Source of the DNA: an uncultured Bacilli bacterium
Lineage (GTDB): Bacteria > Bacillota_I > Bacilli_A > RF39 > UBA660
Direction of reading: 5' to 3'
DNA length: 60,202 nucleotides
Assembly: GCA_944359085.1 (NCBI GenBank)
Contig: CALVSQ010000002.1
Coordinates: forward strand, 1 to 60,202
Part shown: in pieces, positions 9,052 through 18,845 of the stretch
Layout: each line of letters opens with the position of its first letter
Position numbering within the stretch: the stretch's first letter is position 1
Translations under genes and position numbers: made by a program
The notes under the pieces: generated by a model
Database searches by the model: none
The model's input: only the letters and a program-made list of their open reading frames with translations
Told to the model about the DNA's origin: nothing

Positions 9052-9930
9052 TTTATCATAATTATGATATCCAGTGTGATAGTTTTCTAATTGTTCAGTA
9101 GTAATTAGTAAAAAGTTATCTAAAACCAAATTGCTACCATCATCAGTAATTGGATCATCCCAGGTTAAATCAATGTGATACCAATTGTTATCTAAATATA
9201 CATAATTCCAAATATGACTTTCACTAGAAATTCGATAATTTGGAATTTTTAATTTGTTTAAAAATAAAGCCATAGCATCAGTATATCCACCACATAAAGC
9301 TTTATGATAATAAAGTGGACCAATTGCTTTATGTGAAGGATTATCAATATCTTCTAAGTTAGCATCTAAATATTCTGTATCATAAGTAGTTGTTTCAACT
9401 ATATAATTATGGATTGCAATTATTTTTTCTTTATCAGTCATATTATCATTTAAAATTTCTTTCATTATTTCATCAACTTTTTGATTAGTATCTTTAATTA
9501 CATCATTTTTATATGATTTTTCGATAATAACTTCTATTTTATTAAATGAATTTGAAGTTACTGTTGCTTGACGGTAACTATTATAAGGATGAATGTAATT
9601 GCTTAAATTGATCATTTCATTGGAATTAGTTAAATAATTAATATCATTTATGCAATTTTCATAATCACAATAAAAATAAAAATCATCTTCACCATTATTT
9701 AAAAAAGTATATAAAATATTAATTAATTCTTGTTTATCATTGGCTATAAAATCATCTGTTGCTTGAACATATTCAAATTTATAATCTAATGCATAATCGT
9801 TAGGATTATTTAAATAAACTTTTTTTGAATATACTATTTTTTGAACTAAAAATGTAGTTATTTCATTTTGATAAATAAAAGTTAAAAATAACATTATTAA
9901 TAATGGAATAAGCGCTAACCAACCCTTCAT
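9028..9930 (-). CDS. transglutaminase-like domain protein (secreted or anchored)
   Basis: N-terminal signal or anchor, then a Cys-His-Asp core: CGGYTDAMALFLNKL..HIWNYVYL..WYHIDLTWDD. Confidence 0.7.
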   Translation of the reverse strand: MKGWLALIPLLIMLFLTFIYQNEITTFLVQKIVYSKKVYLNNPNDYALDYKFEYVQATDDFIANDKQELINILYTFLNNGEDDFYFYCDYENCINDINYLTNSNEMINLSNYIHPYNSYRQATVTSNSFNKIEVIIEKSYKNDVIKDTNQKVDEIMKEILNDNMTDKEKIIAIHNYIVETTTYDTEYLDANLEDIDNPSHKAIGPLYYHKALCGGYTDAMALFLNKLKIPNYRISSESHIWNYVYLDNNWYHIDLTWDDPITDDGSNLVLDNFLLITTEQLENYHTGYHNYDKSVYIEAK

Positions 9931-9978
9931 CTAGCATCACCTATTATAATTATATCAAAAAAAAATAAAAAGTAAATG

Positions 9979-10242
9979 TTATTCCATTGCATTTACTTTT
10001 TTTGTTAAACGAGATTTATTACGAGCTGCTGTATTTTTCTTAATAGCTCCAGCTTGTGTTGCTTTATCGATTCTTTTGATAGCTACTTTTAAGTTGTCAT
10101 TAGCTTTATCTTTATCTTTAGCAATAACTGCTCTTTCAACATTTTTACAAGCAGTTTTCATACTTGCTGTATAGTTATTATTATTTACTGTTTCTTTAGC
10201 GATTACTTTGATTTTTTTCTTTGCATTTTTCATATTTGCCAT
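9979..10242 (-). CDS. rpsT: 30S ribosomal protein S20
   Basis: MANMKNAKKKIKV...IKKNTAARNKSRLTKKV is typical of S20. A hairpin plus T-run terminator lies on the minus strand at ~9955-10000. Confidence 0.9.
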   Translation of the reverse strand: MANMKNAKKKIKVIAKETVNNNNYTASMKTACKNVERAVIAKDKDKANDNLKVAIKRIDKATQAGAIKKNTAARNKSRLTKKVNAME

Positions 10243-10346
10243 AGTTAATTCACCTCCAAGCTCTTAAAACATTATAATTTTACCATTTTATTACTAAAAA
10301 AGCAACACTTTTTCGTATAAAACATTAACTTAAATCAATAATAATA

Positions 10347-11369
10347 ATGGTGAATGTTATGAAACATAGTGTTGATTTGTCAAAATATCAAATAAGAACC
10401 GATTTAGCAATCGAATCTATTAAAGATATTAAAAATATTAGTAAAGAGATAATAGAAGATAATATTAAGATTACTAATGTTGTAGTTGATGATAAAGTAA
10501 GTAGTTTAATTAACAAGAAAAAAGGTAATTATATAACAATTGAATTTGATGATGTAACAGATTCCAGTAATTATGAGAAAGTAAAAAAAGTATTTGTAAG
10601 AGAATTAAATAATTTATTAAATTTATTAAAAATTGATAAAAAAGCAAGTTGTTTAATAATTGGTTTAGGTAACTATAAATCCACACCAGATTCTTTAGGC
10701 CCTTTAACAATAAATAATATAATAGTTACTAATCATTTATTTGAATTAGATGAATTATCTAATGAATATAGAAGAGTATCAGTTTTAGTACCAGGTGTTA
10801 TGGGTCAAACTGGTTTAGAAACTAGTGATGTAATATCTAGTATAGTAAATAAATTCAAACCAGATTTTATTATTTTAATAGATGCTTTAGCTAGTCAATC
10901 AGTAGAAAGAGTAAATAAAACAATTCAAATGACTGATACAGGAATTCATCCTGGGAGTGGTATAGGTAATAGTAGAAAAGAAATAAGTTATGAAACATTA
11001 AATATTCCTTGTATAGCTATCGGCGTTCCTACTGTTGTTGACGCAATTACTATTGTAAGTGATACAATAAATTATATGCATAAACATTATACATACTCAA
11101 AATTAAATATAAACAATCCTTTAAATAAATTAATGGCATATAGTCCTAATTATTTAAAAGAAAAAATTGAATTGAATAAAAAAGATAAAGAAACTTTATT
11201 AGGAATTGTTGGGACATTAGAAGAAGAAGAAATAAAACAGTTGTTATTTGAAGTTTTATCACCTATTGGATACAATATGATGGTAACACCAAAAGAAGTT
11301 GACTTTTTAATTGAAAAGCTAGGTAATTTAATAGGAAATGGTCTTAATGAAGCATTACATAATATTTGA
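10347..11369 (+). CDS. gpr: spore germination protease GPR
   Basis: YQIRTDLAIE, GLGNYKSTPDSLGP, IDALA and GVPTVVDA are GPR family motifs. The start may instead be ATG 10359, which follows GGTGA. A GTATA -35-like element upstream is compatible with a forespore sigma factor. Confidence 0.85.
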   Translation: MVNVMKHSVDLSKYQIRTDLAIESIKDIKNISKEIIEDNIKITNVVVDDKVSSLINKKKGNYITIEFDDVTDSSNYEKVKKVFVRELNNLLNLLKIDKKASCLIIGLGNYKSTPDSLGPLTINNIIVTNHLFELDELSNEYRRVSVLVPGVMGQTGLETSDVISSIVNKFKPDFIILIDALASQSVERVNKTIQMTDTGIHPGSGIGNSRKEISYETLNIPCIAIGVPTVVDAITIVSDTINYMHKHYTYSKLNINNPLNKLMAYSPNYLKEKIELNKKDKETLLGIVGTLEEEEIKQLLFEVLSPIGYNMMVTPKEVDFLIEKLGNLIGNGLNEALHNI

Positions 11370-11420
11370 CAATATATGTGAAATATGTTAGAATATCTTA
11401 CATATTTTGGGGGAGATATT

Positions 11421-12146
11421 ATGGCAGTAAGAAAATATGAATTGGAACAACTTTATGTAGGAACATTTAAAGAAAAAAATAGAATCGCTTATTATGATGA
11501 TATGTCTAAAATGTATATTAATTTTTCAATATTAAATAGATCAGAAGATTATGACAAAAGATTTGATGAAGAATTTGTTGTTGATAAACCATTAAGTGAA
11601 ACTTTAGAAAAAGAAAATCTTACAATACTATTAACTGATAGTAATGGCAATAGAAAAAAAGAATTATCTTTTTTTGAAATAAATGATATCTTAATAGCAA
11701 TATCAAGAAAAAAGATTTTATCGTCTTCAACTTTAGCAAAACAAGCAGTTCTTGCCAAAAATATTACTGATTTAATAAGCGATATGTTAGGATTAAATTC
11801 AGAAAATAATCCATCAACTTCACCGATTTTTTTAAGAAATTTTGATATTAGTTATTCAATAGTTCCTGCAAAAAAATTAAAGGAATTTAAACAAAATTTA
11901 TATGAATATATATCTATATCTTTAATGACAGAAACAAATGTTATTGTGAGATTTGGAAATGGTTTAATAGATTACAAAATTTTACGTTCTTTGAATAAAG
12001 CTGGAATTAAGCAAACAGATCAAATGAAACAAAATAGTTTTTTAATTAATATTGGTAACGATGGTAAAATATTAATAAATGGTATTGATATTAATGAATA
12101 TAACAAAAAGCAAAATACTGGTTTTCAAAAAATAATTAAATTTTAA
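11421..12146 (+). CDS. hypothetical protein (241 aa)
   Basis: ATG 11421 is preceded by GGGGGAG. No motif recognised. The ORF-track start at 11385 is less likely. Confidence 0.45.
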   Translation: MAVRKYELEQLYVGTFKEKNRIAYYDDMSKMYINFSILNRSEDYDKRFDEEFVVDKPLSETLEKENLTILLTDSNGNRKKELSFFEINDILIAISRKKILSSSTLAKQAVLAKNITDLISDMLGLNSENNPSTSPIFLRNFDISYSIVPAKKLKEFKQNLYEYISISLMTETNVIVRFGNGLIDYKILRSLNKAGIKQTDQMKQNSFLINIGNDGKILINGIDINEYNKKQNTGFQKIIKF

Positions 12147-12167
12147 AATGGCTAATTGCCATTTTTT
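12147..12167 (+). terminator. intrinsic terminator
   Basis: AATGGC-TAATT-GCCATT stem-loop followed by a T-run. Confidence 0.7.
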
Positions 12168-12217
12168 CTTGTTTTTATTTTAAATATTTATTATAATTAT
12201 TGAAGGAGATGATTGAT

Positions 12218-13099
12218 ATGATAATAGGTTCACATGTTTCATTTAAAAAAGATACTCAATTAGTTGGTAGTGTTAAGGAAGCAATAAGTTATGGAAGTAC
12301 TACTTTTATGTTTTATACAGGTGCTCCTCAAAATACTAATAGACAAGCGATCAATGATGATTTAACTAAAGAAGCTATTAATTTAATGAAAGAAAACAAT
12401 ATAGATATAAACAATGTAATTGTTCATGCTCCATATATAATTAATTTAGCTTCTAATAATGATTTTGCGGTTACATTTTTAAAAGAAGAATTAAAAAGAG
12501 TTGAACAATTAGGTATGACTAAATTAGTACTTCATCCTGGTAGTAGTGTTAAATTAAGCAAAGAAGAAGGTATTAAAAATATTATTGATAATTTAAATAA
12601 AGTAGGAAAAAGTAATGTTTTAATATTATTAGAAACTATGGCAGGAAAAGGAACTGAATTAGGTAAAACATTTGAAGAAATAAAAGAAATAATTGATGGT
12701 GTAGATTATCCATTAGGAGTTTGTTTAGATACTTGCCATATTAATGATGCTGGATATGATTTAAATAATTTTGATGAAATTTTAGATTTGTTTGATAAAA
12801 AAATTGGTTTAAAATATTTAAAATGTATTCATATAAATGATAGTAAAAATGTAATCAATGCCCATAAAGATCGTCATGAAAATATTGGTTATGGAACAAT
12901 TGGTTTTGATAATTTAATTAAAATAATATATCATGAAAAACTAAAAGGTATCCCTAAAATATTAGAGACACCTTATGTATCAATGGATGATAATTCTAAA
13001 GAAAGAATGTATCCACCATATAAATTTGAAATAGAAATGATTTTAAATAAAAAATTTAATAATAATTTAATTAATGATATAAGAAATTATTATAAGTAA
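12218..13099 (+). CDS. nfo: endonuclease IV (deoxyribonuclease IV)
   Basis: IGSHVS, HAPYIINLA, LHPGS, LETMAGKG, CLDTCH, HINDS and ETP are Nfo metal-site motifs. AAGGAG lies 9 nt before ATG 12218. Confidence 0.9.
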   Translation: MIIGSHVSFKKDTQLVGSVKEAISYGSTTFMFYTGAPQNTNRQAINDDLTKEAINLMKENNIDINNVIVHAPYIINLASNNDFAVTFLKEELKRVEQLGMTKLVLHPGSSVKLSKEEGIKNIIDNLNKVGKSNVLILLETMAGKGTELGKTFEEIKEIIDGVDYPLGVCLDTCHINDAGYDLNNFDEILDLFDKKIGLKYLKCIHINDSKNVINAHKDRHENIGYGTIGFDNLIKIIYHEKLKGIPKILETPYVSMDDNSKERMYPPYKFEIEMILNKKFNNNLINDIRNYYK

Positions 13100-13353
13100 C
13101 GATTTTTAAAATAAATATACAAAGATTCTATTTTTTGATAACTTGTACTATCCAATTTTTCTTTTAAATCATCTAATATACCTCTAGGATTACCAAAGAC
13201 AATAGTTCGCCAATTATTTTTAATATGATCATAAATTACTTTTACTTCTTTATCTTTTAAAATAATACCATTTTTTAAAGCAAAATTGTTTACATCTTCT
13301 AAAGTCATTCTATTAACGTATTCATTAATTAATCTTTCTTTCACTTTGATCAC
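13090..13353 (-). CDS. small conserved hypothetical protein (DUF2624-like guess)
   Basis: 87-aa ORF that overlaps the nfo 3' end convergently. The family assignment is a guess from memory. Confidence 0.35.
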   Translation of the reverse strand: MIKVKERLINEYVNRMTLEDVNNFALKNGIILKDKEVKVIYDHIKNNWRTIVFGNPRGILDDLKEKLDSTSYQKIESLYIYFKNRYL

Positions 13354-13420
13354 CGCTATATTATATGTTGTAATGAATAATGTTATGAAAATTAAATAAA
13401 ATATTAAAAGGAGGAATATT

Positions 13421-13963
13421 ATGTATGAACCATATATAACTGATTTTACTATGAATATTCATAATAAAATATTAAATAATTATCTTGATAAAATTAAAGA
13501 TATATCTGATTATGTTTATGCAGTTAACAATATTGATGAATATCCACTTAACAAAAGAGGTAATATTTTATTTAATTTAGGTGGTGTTTTAAATCATCAA
13601 TTATTCTTTAGTATTTTAGGTCAAGGTGAAATGAGTGAACAATTTAAAAATAAAATAATTGAAGATTTTGGCTCTGTTTCTAATTTTAAGGAAGAATTTA
13701 TTAAAAATGCTAATTATGTTGTTGGTTCAGGTTATACATTTTTAGTTTTAAATAAAGATAATAAATTAGAAATTATAAATACTTCTAATGAAGATACACC
13801 ATATTCATATGGCTTAAAACCAATTATGAATTTAGATTTATGGGAACACGCTTATTTTTTAGATTATCAAAATAACAAAACTGATTATATTAATAATTTT
13901 TTTTCAATTGTAGATTTTAATAAAGTAAGTAAAATATATGAAGAAATACAAAAAAATATATAA
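13421..13963 (+). CDS. sodA: Fe/Mn superoxide dismutase family protein
   Basis: GGVLNHQLFF and DLWEHAYFLDYQNNKTDYI match the SOD metal-ligand regions. The N-terminal HHxKHH region is reduced to IHNK. Confidence 0.75.
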   Translation: MYEPYITDFTMNIHNKILNNYLDKIKDISDYVYAVNNIDEYPLNKRGNILFNLGGVLNHQLFFSILGQGEMSEQFKNKIIEDFGSVSNFKEEFIKNANYVVGSGYTFLVLNKDNKLEIINTSNEDTPYSYGLKPIMNLDLWEHAYFLDYQNNKTDYINNFFSIVDFNKVSKIYEEIQKNI

Positions 13964-15986
13964 TTTAAGTACAAAAAATAAAGATATTAAAGAAACAGTT
14001 GAAAAAAGATATAATATTTTAATTATAGTAATAATTTTGATAATGATTATATTAAGTGTCAATTTATTTATTCTTCAAGTGGTAAAGCATGAGTTTTATG
14101 TTAAAAAAGTGGAACAATTAAGTCAAAATCTTGTAACTTCTACAAGTACTCCTCGCGGTAGAATTTATGATAGAAATGGTGAAATAATAGTTGATAATGA
14201 AGCTGTTAAAGTAATTTATTATAAAAAACCAAGCGGTGTAACAACTCGTGATGAAATTGAAATTGCTTATAAAGTAGCTGATATGATTTCAATTGATTAT
14301 AAACAATTAAGTAGTGATAATTTAAAAAAATTTTGGATTTTAAATAATAAAGAAGAATCTGATAAATTAATTACTGATTTGGAATGGCAACAATTAGAAG
14401 AAAGAAAATTAACTTCTTTAGATATAGAAAAATTAAAGTTAGAAAGAATTGATGAACAATTAGATGATTATGAAGAAATTGATTTAAAAGCAGCTTATAT
14501 TTATTATTTAATGAATGTTGGTTATAGCTATGATGAAAAAGTAATTAAAAAAGAAAATGTTAGTGATAAAGAATATGCTTTAATAGCTGAAAATGTTAAT
14601 AATTTAAAAGGTTTTGATGTAAGATTAGATTGGAATAGAGTGTATCCTTATGGCGATACTTTTAGAACAATTTTAGGTAGTGTTTCAACTAATGAAACAG
14701 GAATTCCTTATGAATTAAAAGATTATTATTTAGATTTAGGGTATAGTTTAAATGATAGAGTAGGAATAAGTTATTTAGAATATCAATATGAATCAATTCT
14801 AAAAGGAGAAAAAACAGTTTATCAAATATTAGATGATGGTACTAGAAAAATTGTTTTTCCTGGAAGTAGAGGAAAAGATATTGTTCTTACTATTGATATT
14901 AAATTACAACAAGAAATAGAAAAAATATTAGAAGAAGAAGTTTTAAATGGTAAAAAGTATCCTAATACTAAATATTATAATAGATCGTTTGCTATTATAA
15001 GTGATCCAAATACTGGCGAAATACTTGCTATGGCAGGAAAACAATTAAAAGATGGTAAAATATACGATTATACTCCTGGCATTGTTACTACTCCTGTAAC
15101 AGCTGGTTCAATAGTTAAAGGTGCATCACATGCGGTTGGTTATAGTACTGGAGCTTTGCAAATAGGAGAAAGAAGAGATGATAGCTGTATTAAAATAGCT
15201 GCCACTCCTTTAAAATGTTCATGGACAATCTTAGGTACAATTGATGATATAGGAGCTTTAAAATATTCTTCCAATGTTTATCAATTTCATACTGCTATTA
15301 AAGTAGGTGGTGGAACATATAAATATAATGAAGAATTAAATATAAATCCAACTGCCTTTGATACTTATCGTAATATGTTTAGAAAATTTGGATTAGGCGT
15401 TAAAACAGGGATAGATTTACCAGTTGAAAGTTTAGGTTATACTAGTGATAGTACTTTAGCAGGACATTTATTGGATTTTTCAATTGGTCAATTTGATACC
15501 TACACACCAATTCAATTAAGTCAATATATAAATACTATCGCTAATGGTGGCTATAGAATCCAACCTCATTTATTAAAATCAGTATATAATCCTACTAAAG
15601 ATGGCTTAATAGATTTATTGTATGAAGTTGAAACTACTGTTTTAAATAAAGTTGAGTTAGATAATAAATATATGAACAGAATCAAAGAAGGATTTAGAGC
15701 AGGTGTTGTTAGTGGAATTGCTAATGGTTATGTAGATAGTAAATATAATCCAGCTGCTAAAACAGGAACTAGTGAAAGTTTTATTGATACTGATGGTGAT
15801 GGGGTAGTAGATAAAGAAACAATGAGTAATACTTTTGGTGCATATGCTCCTTATGATAATCCTAAAGTATCATTTGTAATTGTTTCACCTGATATATTTT
15901 ATGAAGAAACATCTAGTTCACGTGCACCTATTAATAGAATTATAGCTAATAGAGTATCTTCTAAATATTTTGAAATGTATGATTAA
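13938..15986 (+). CDS. class B penicillin-binding protein (PBP2/SpoVD-like transpeptidase)
   Basis: N-terminal TM segment and PBP dimerisation region (RGRIYDRNGEIIVDN). SxxK (SIVK), SxN (SSN) and KTG (KTGTSE) motifs are present. Confidence 0.85.
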   Translation: MKKYKKIYNLSTKNKDIKETVEKRYNILIIVIILIMIILSVNLFILQVVKHEFYVKKVEQLSQNLVTSTSTPRGRIYDRNGEIIVDNEAVKVIYYKKPSGVTTRDEIEIAYKVADMISIDYKQLSSDNLKKFWILNNKEESDKLITDLEWQQLEERKLTSLDIEKLKLERIDEQLDDYEEIDLKAAYIYYLMNVGYSYDEKVIKKENVSDKEYALIAENVNNLKGFDVRLDWNRVYPYGDTFRTILGSVSTNETGIPYELKDYYLDLGYSLNDRVGISYLEYQYESILKGEKTVYQILDDGTRKIVFPGSRGKDIVLTIDIKLQQEIEKILEEEVLNGKKYPNTKYYNRSFAIISDPNTGEILAMAGKQLKDGKIYDYTPGIVTTPVTAGSIVKGASHAVGYSTGALQIGERRDDSCIKIAATPLKCSWTILGTIDDIGALKYSSNVYQFHTAIKVGGGTYKYNEELNINPTAFDTYRNMFRKFGLGVKTGIDLPVESLGYTSDSTLAGHLLDFSIGQFDTYTPIQLSQYINTIANGGYRIQPHLLKSVYNPTKDGLIDLLYEVETTVLNKVELDNKYMNRIKEGFRAGVVSGIANGYVDSKYNPAAKTGTSESFIDTDGDGVVDKETMSNTFGAYAPYDNPKVSFVIVSPDIFYEETSSSRAPINRIIANRVSSKYFEMYD

Positions 15987-16011
15987 TAATTGTACATTTT
16001 TTTAAAATATA

Positions 16012-16040
16012 TTGAATTTAGAAAAAAGATATTGTATAAT
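16012..16040 (+). promoter_or_regulatory. sigma-A-type promoter of pilin-like gene A
   Basis: TTGAAT-17 nt-TATAAT. Confidence 0.5.
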
Positions 16041-16060
16041 CTTTACAGATAGGTAGTGAA

Positions 16061-17803
16061 ATGTTTATGAAACAAATTAAAAAAAACGCTTTTACGCTTA
16101 TTGAGTTACTGGCAGTAATAATTATATTGGTAATTATAGCTCTTGTTGCAACACCAATTGTATTAGATATAATAGATGATGCAAGAGTATCAGCAGGTAA
16201 GTCAGAAGCAAATATGATCTTAAGTGGAATAAATAATTATTGTGCTACTGAAGATGTAAAAAGTGAAATGGATAGTAGTTATACTAAAATATGTACATCA
16301 AGTATGAATGTAGATAATGTAAAAGAAATGGTTAATTTAGGAAACGCGGAAATAAAAGAGTTAGCATATGATGGCGAAAAATTAACAACATTGGTTATTG
16401 AAAGTAATAATCATAAATTTACATTATGTTCAGGTAGTACATTTGTTATGGATAGTGAGACATGTGATGGAACAAATAATGGTGGAAATAATAATGAAGA
16501 TGATGATATAGTACAAAAACCTGTAGAAGGTAATTTAATTTCGACGTTGTTAGAAAAATATATTGAAGGTAGTACAACAGGATTAGTGAAAGATGCAACA
16601 AATGAAAATATATATTATTATACTGGAAATAATACTCAAGTAGCAAATAATTTCTTATGGTATGGAGGCCATCAATGGCGAATATTAGAATTTGATACCT
16701 CTGCTAAAACATTAACTTTGATCACTCAACAACCATTAACATCAATCCAAGCTGCAAGTGCAGTATGGGAAACAGAAGAAGCATACGAATTAAGCCACGT
16801 CAACACTTGGTTAAATGAATATTTTTGGAATAGTTTGGATAGTAGTATAAAAAATAATATATTAAATAATTCATTTAATATAGGGATATACGACAATATA
16901 AGTGAAATAACAACAATTAAAAAAGTTGGATTATTAGATGCAGAACAATATAAAAGAGCAGGAGATGAAAGTTCTTTCTTGGATATAGATGATTATTTTT
17001 GGTTAGGTAATAGATATGATTCATCACATCTTCAACTTGTAAATAATAGTGGCTCTTTCTCAAATGATAATTCATCTGTTATTAATGGCATTCGTCCTGT
17101 TATAAAAATTTATGACCTAACAATTTGTGGAGGCGAAGGTACTCTTACTAGTAGTTATTATACAGAAAACAAGACAACAAATACAAGTGATATACAAGTT
17201 GGTGAATATATAAATATACCGACAAATAGTAACTATTGTGGAAATGACAATATGTGCACATTTAGAGTAGTGAGTAAAAATGGAGAAAGAATTAAAATAG
17301 TATTAAATGGGTTACTTTCTGGGCAAGCTTCATTAAATGATGATTCTTTTGCAGAGGTGACGCCAAATTTAAAAATATTTACAAATTATTTAAATGGATT
17401 TATTAAAAGTATAGATAATGAAAATATAACAACAGGTACATATGGTGTTGGTAAGTATGAATATCAAGATAGCTATATAGATACAGTAAGCATAACTATG
17501 ACATCTAAAATAGGCTTGCCAACAATTGGTGAGATGTTTAGTGGAAATGATATAGATTTAGGTACAACAAACACAAAAGTTTTTGTTGATATAAATACTA
17601 TAGAAAACCCTACAAAATCAGATTACTATTGGACAATGAATAAACTTGATTCGGTTTTTTTTCGAAATGTAAATCTACATGGTAATATTAACTATACTAG
17701 GTCGACTGAACTAATGGGGGTTCGTCCTGTTATATATTTGAAATCAGGTTTGACATTTACATCTGGTGAAGGAACAGCCCAATCACCATATGTATTAGAA
17801 TAA
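16061..17803 (+). CDS. large surface protein with prepilin-type N-terminal cleavage/methylation motif and two DUF6273-like modules
   Basis: The leader M(FM)KQIKKNA is followed by FTLIELLAVIIILVIIALVATP. The C-terminal part has two modules ending YFWLGNRY..GIRPVIKI and YYWTMNK..GVRPVIYLKSG. The start may be ATG 16067. Confidence 0.75.
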   Translation: MFMKQIKKNAFTLIELLAVIIILVIIALVATPIVLDIIDDARVSAGKSEANMILSGINNYCATEDVKSEMDSSYTKICTSSMNVDNVKEMVNLGNAEIKELAYDGEKLTTLVIESNNHKFTLCSGSTFVMDSETCDGTNNGGNNNEDDDIVQKPVEGNLISTLLEKYIEGSTTGLVKDATNENIYYYTGNNTQVANNFLWYGGHQWRILEFDTSAKTLTLITQQPLTSIQAASAVWETEEAYELSHVNTWLNEYFWNSLDSSIKNNILNNSFNIGIYDNISEITTIKKVGLLDAEQYKRAGDESSFLDIDDYFWLGNRYDSSHLQLVNNSGSFSNDNSSVINGIRPVIKIYDLTICGGEGTLTSSYYTENKTTNTSDIQVGEYINIPTNSNYCGNDNMCTFRVVSKNGERIKIVLNGLLSGQASLNDDSFAEVTPNLKIFTNYLNGFIKSIDNENITTGTYGVGKYEYQDSYIDTVSITMTSKIGLPTIGEMFSGNDIDLGTTNTKVFVDINTIENPTKSDYYWTMNKLDSVFFRNVNLHGNINYTRSTELMGVRPVIYLKSGLTFTSGEGTAQSPYVLE

Positions 17804-17901
17804 GTAAAAAGAAATTAATTTAAATGAATTAAAAAAACATATTACCAAAAAACAACAAATGTAGTTTTAATTATAATTTTTAATAACATATTTAATTATA
17901 A

Positions 17902-17923
17902 GGTGATAAAAATCACTTTTTTT
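17902..17923 (+). terminator. intrinsic terminator
   Basis: GTGAT-AAAA-ATCAC followed by T7. Confidence 0.6.
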
Positions 17924-18003
17924 AAAAGAAATATAAAAAAACTTTGATTTTTAAGAATAATTTGGTATAATTATGTAAGTGTTTTAAAAGGAGGGATTAA
18001 TAT

Positions 18004-18171
18004 ATGGCTAAAAAAGGAGAAGCAAGAGAAAGAATTACTCTTCAATGTACAGAATGTAAAAGTGAAAATTATCGTACAGAAAAAAATAAACGTAATACAA
18101 CAGATCGTTTAGAATTAAAAAAACATTGTCCTAAATGTAAAACTACAACAACTCACAAAGAAAAAAAATAA
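18004..18171 (+). CDS. rpmG: 50S ribosomal protein L33
   Basis: Not in the ORF track (55 aa). The sequence is [55 protein letters not shown], preceded by a GGAGGG RBS. Confidence 0.9.
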   Translation: MAKKGEARERITLQCTECKSENYRTEKNKRNTTDRLELKKHCPKCKTTTTHKEKK

Positions 18172-18184
18172 GGGGGGGTAAATT

Positions 18185-18742
18185 ATGATAAATGTAAATG
18201 ATATTAAAAATGGTATTACATTTGTATTAGATGGTGATATTTATCAAGTATTAGAATTTTCTCATGTTAAGCCAGGTAAAGGTGCTGCTTTTGTTAAAAT
18301 GAAAATAAGAAATTTAAGAACAGGTTCTACTACTGAAAAATCATTTAATAGTGGTACAAAATTAGAAAAAGCAATGATTGAAAAAAGACCTATGCAATTT
18401 TTATATGCATCAGGTGATTCTTATAACTTTATGAACATGGAATCATATGAACAAATTGAATTAACTAAAGATCAATTAGGTGATGATGTTAATTACTTAA
18501 AAGAAGGATTAAGTGTTGATTTAAGTTTTTATGAGGGTGAATTATTAGGTGTTATGTTACCTGATAAAGTAGAGTTAGAAGTTACACATACTGAACCTGC
18601 TGTTAAAGGTAATACTACAAATAATGCTACTAAAGATGCTACATTAGAAACAGGTTTAGTAGTAAGAGTACCTTTATTTGTTGAACAAGGTGAAAAGATT
18701 ATTGTATCAACTAGTACAGGTAAATATGATTCAAGAGCTTAA
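18185..18742 (+). CDS. efp: elongation factor P
   Basis: FSHVKPGKGAAFVKMKIRNL and the EPAVKG..TKDATLETG motifs are present. Confidence 0.95.
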   Translation: MINVNDIKNGITFVLDGDIYQVLEFSHVKPGKGAAFVKMKIRNLRTGSTTEKSFNSGTKLEKAMIEKRPMQFLYASGDSYNFMNMESYEQIELTKDQLGDDVNYLKEGLSVDLSFYEGELLGVMLPDKVELEVTHTEPAVKGNTTNNATKDATLETGLVVRVPLFVEQGEKIIVSTSTGKYDSRA

Positions 18743-18766
18743 GATAGATTATTCTATCTTTTTTTT
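18741..18766 (+). terminator. intrinsic terminator after efp
   Basis: AAGATAGA-TTAT-TCTATCTT followed by a T-run. Confidence 0.8.
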
Positions 18767-18792
18767 GCACATAAATAATAATTGCAAAATTC

Positions 18793-18821
18793 TTGACTTA
18801 AATAACTAAAAATTATATAAT
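18793..18821 (+). promoter_or_regulatory. sigma-A-type promoter of pilin-like gene B
   Basis: TTGACT-17 nt-TATAAT. Confidence 0.55.
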
Positions 18822-18845
18822 TTTGTAAGAATAGGAGATATGATT

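Noticed and set aside
13421-13963. Inactive or pseudo superoxide dismutase, because of the reduced N-terminal His motif
   Set aside because: The C-terminal D...H ligands, the NHQLFF region and one N-terminal His are retained. I cannot judge activity without an alignment, so the gene is kept as an ordinary SOD-family call.
16079-16086. A8 run in the leader codons of pilin-like gene A as a slippage tract
   Set aside because: A/T homopolymers of this length are frequent throughout this AT-rich window, so the run is not distinctive.
18172-18178. G7 tract between rpmG and efp as a second phase-variation tract
   Set aside because: It lies in the 13-nt intergenic spacer and acts as the efp Shine-Dalgarno sequence (GGGGGGG 6 nt before the ATG). 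Length changes would not shift any reading frame.
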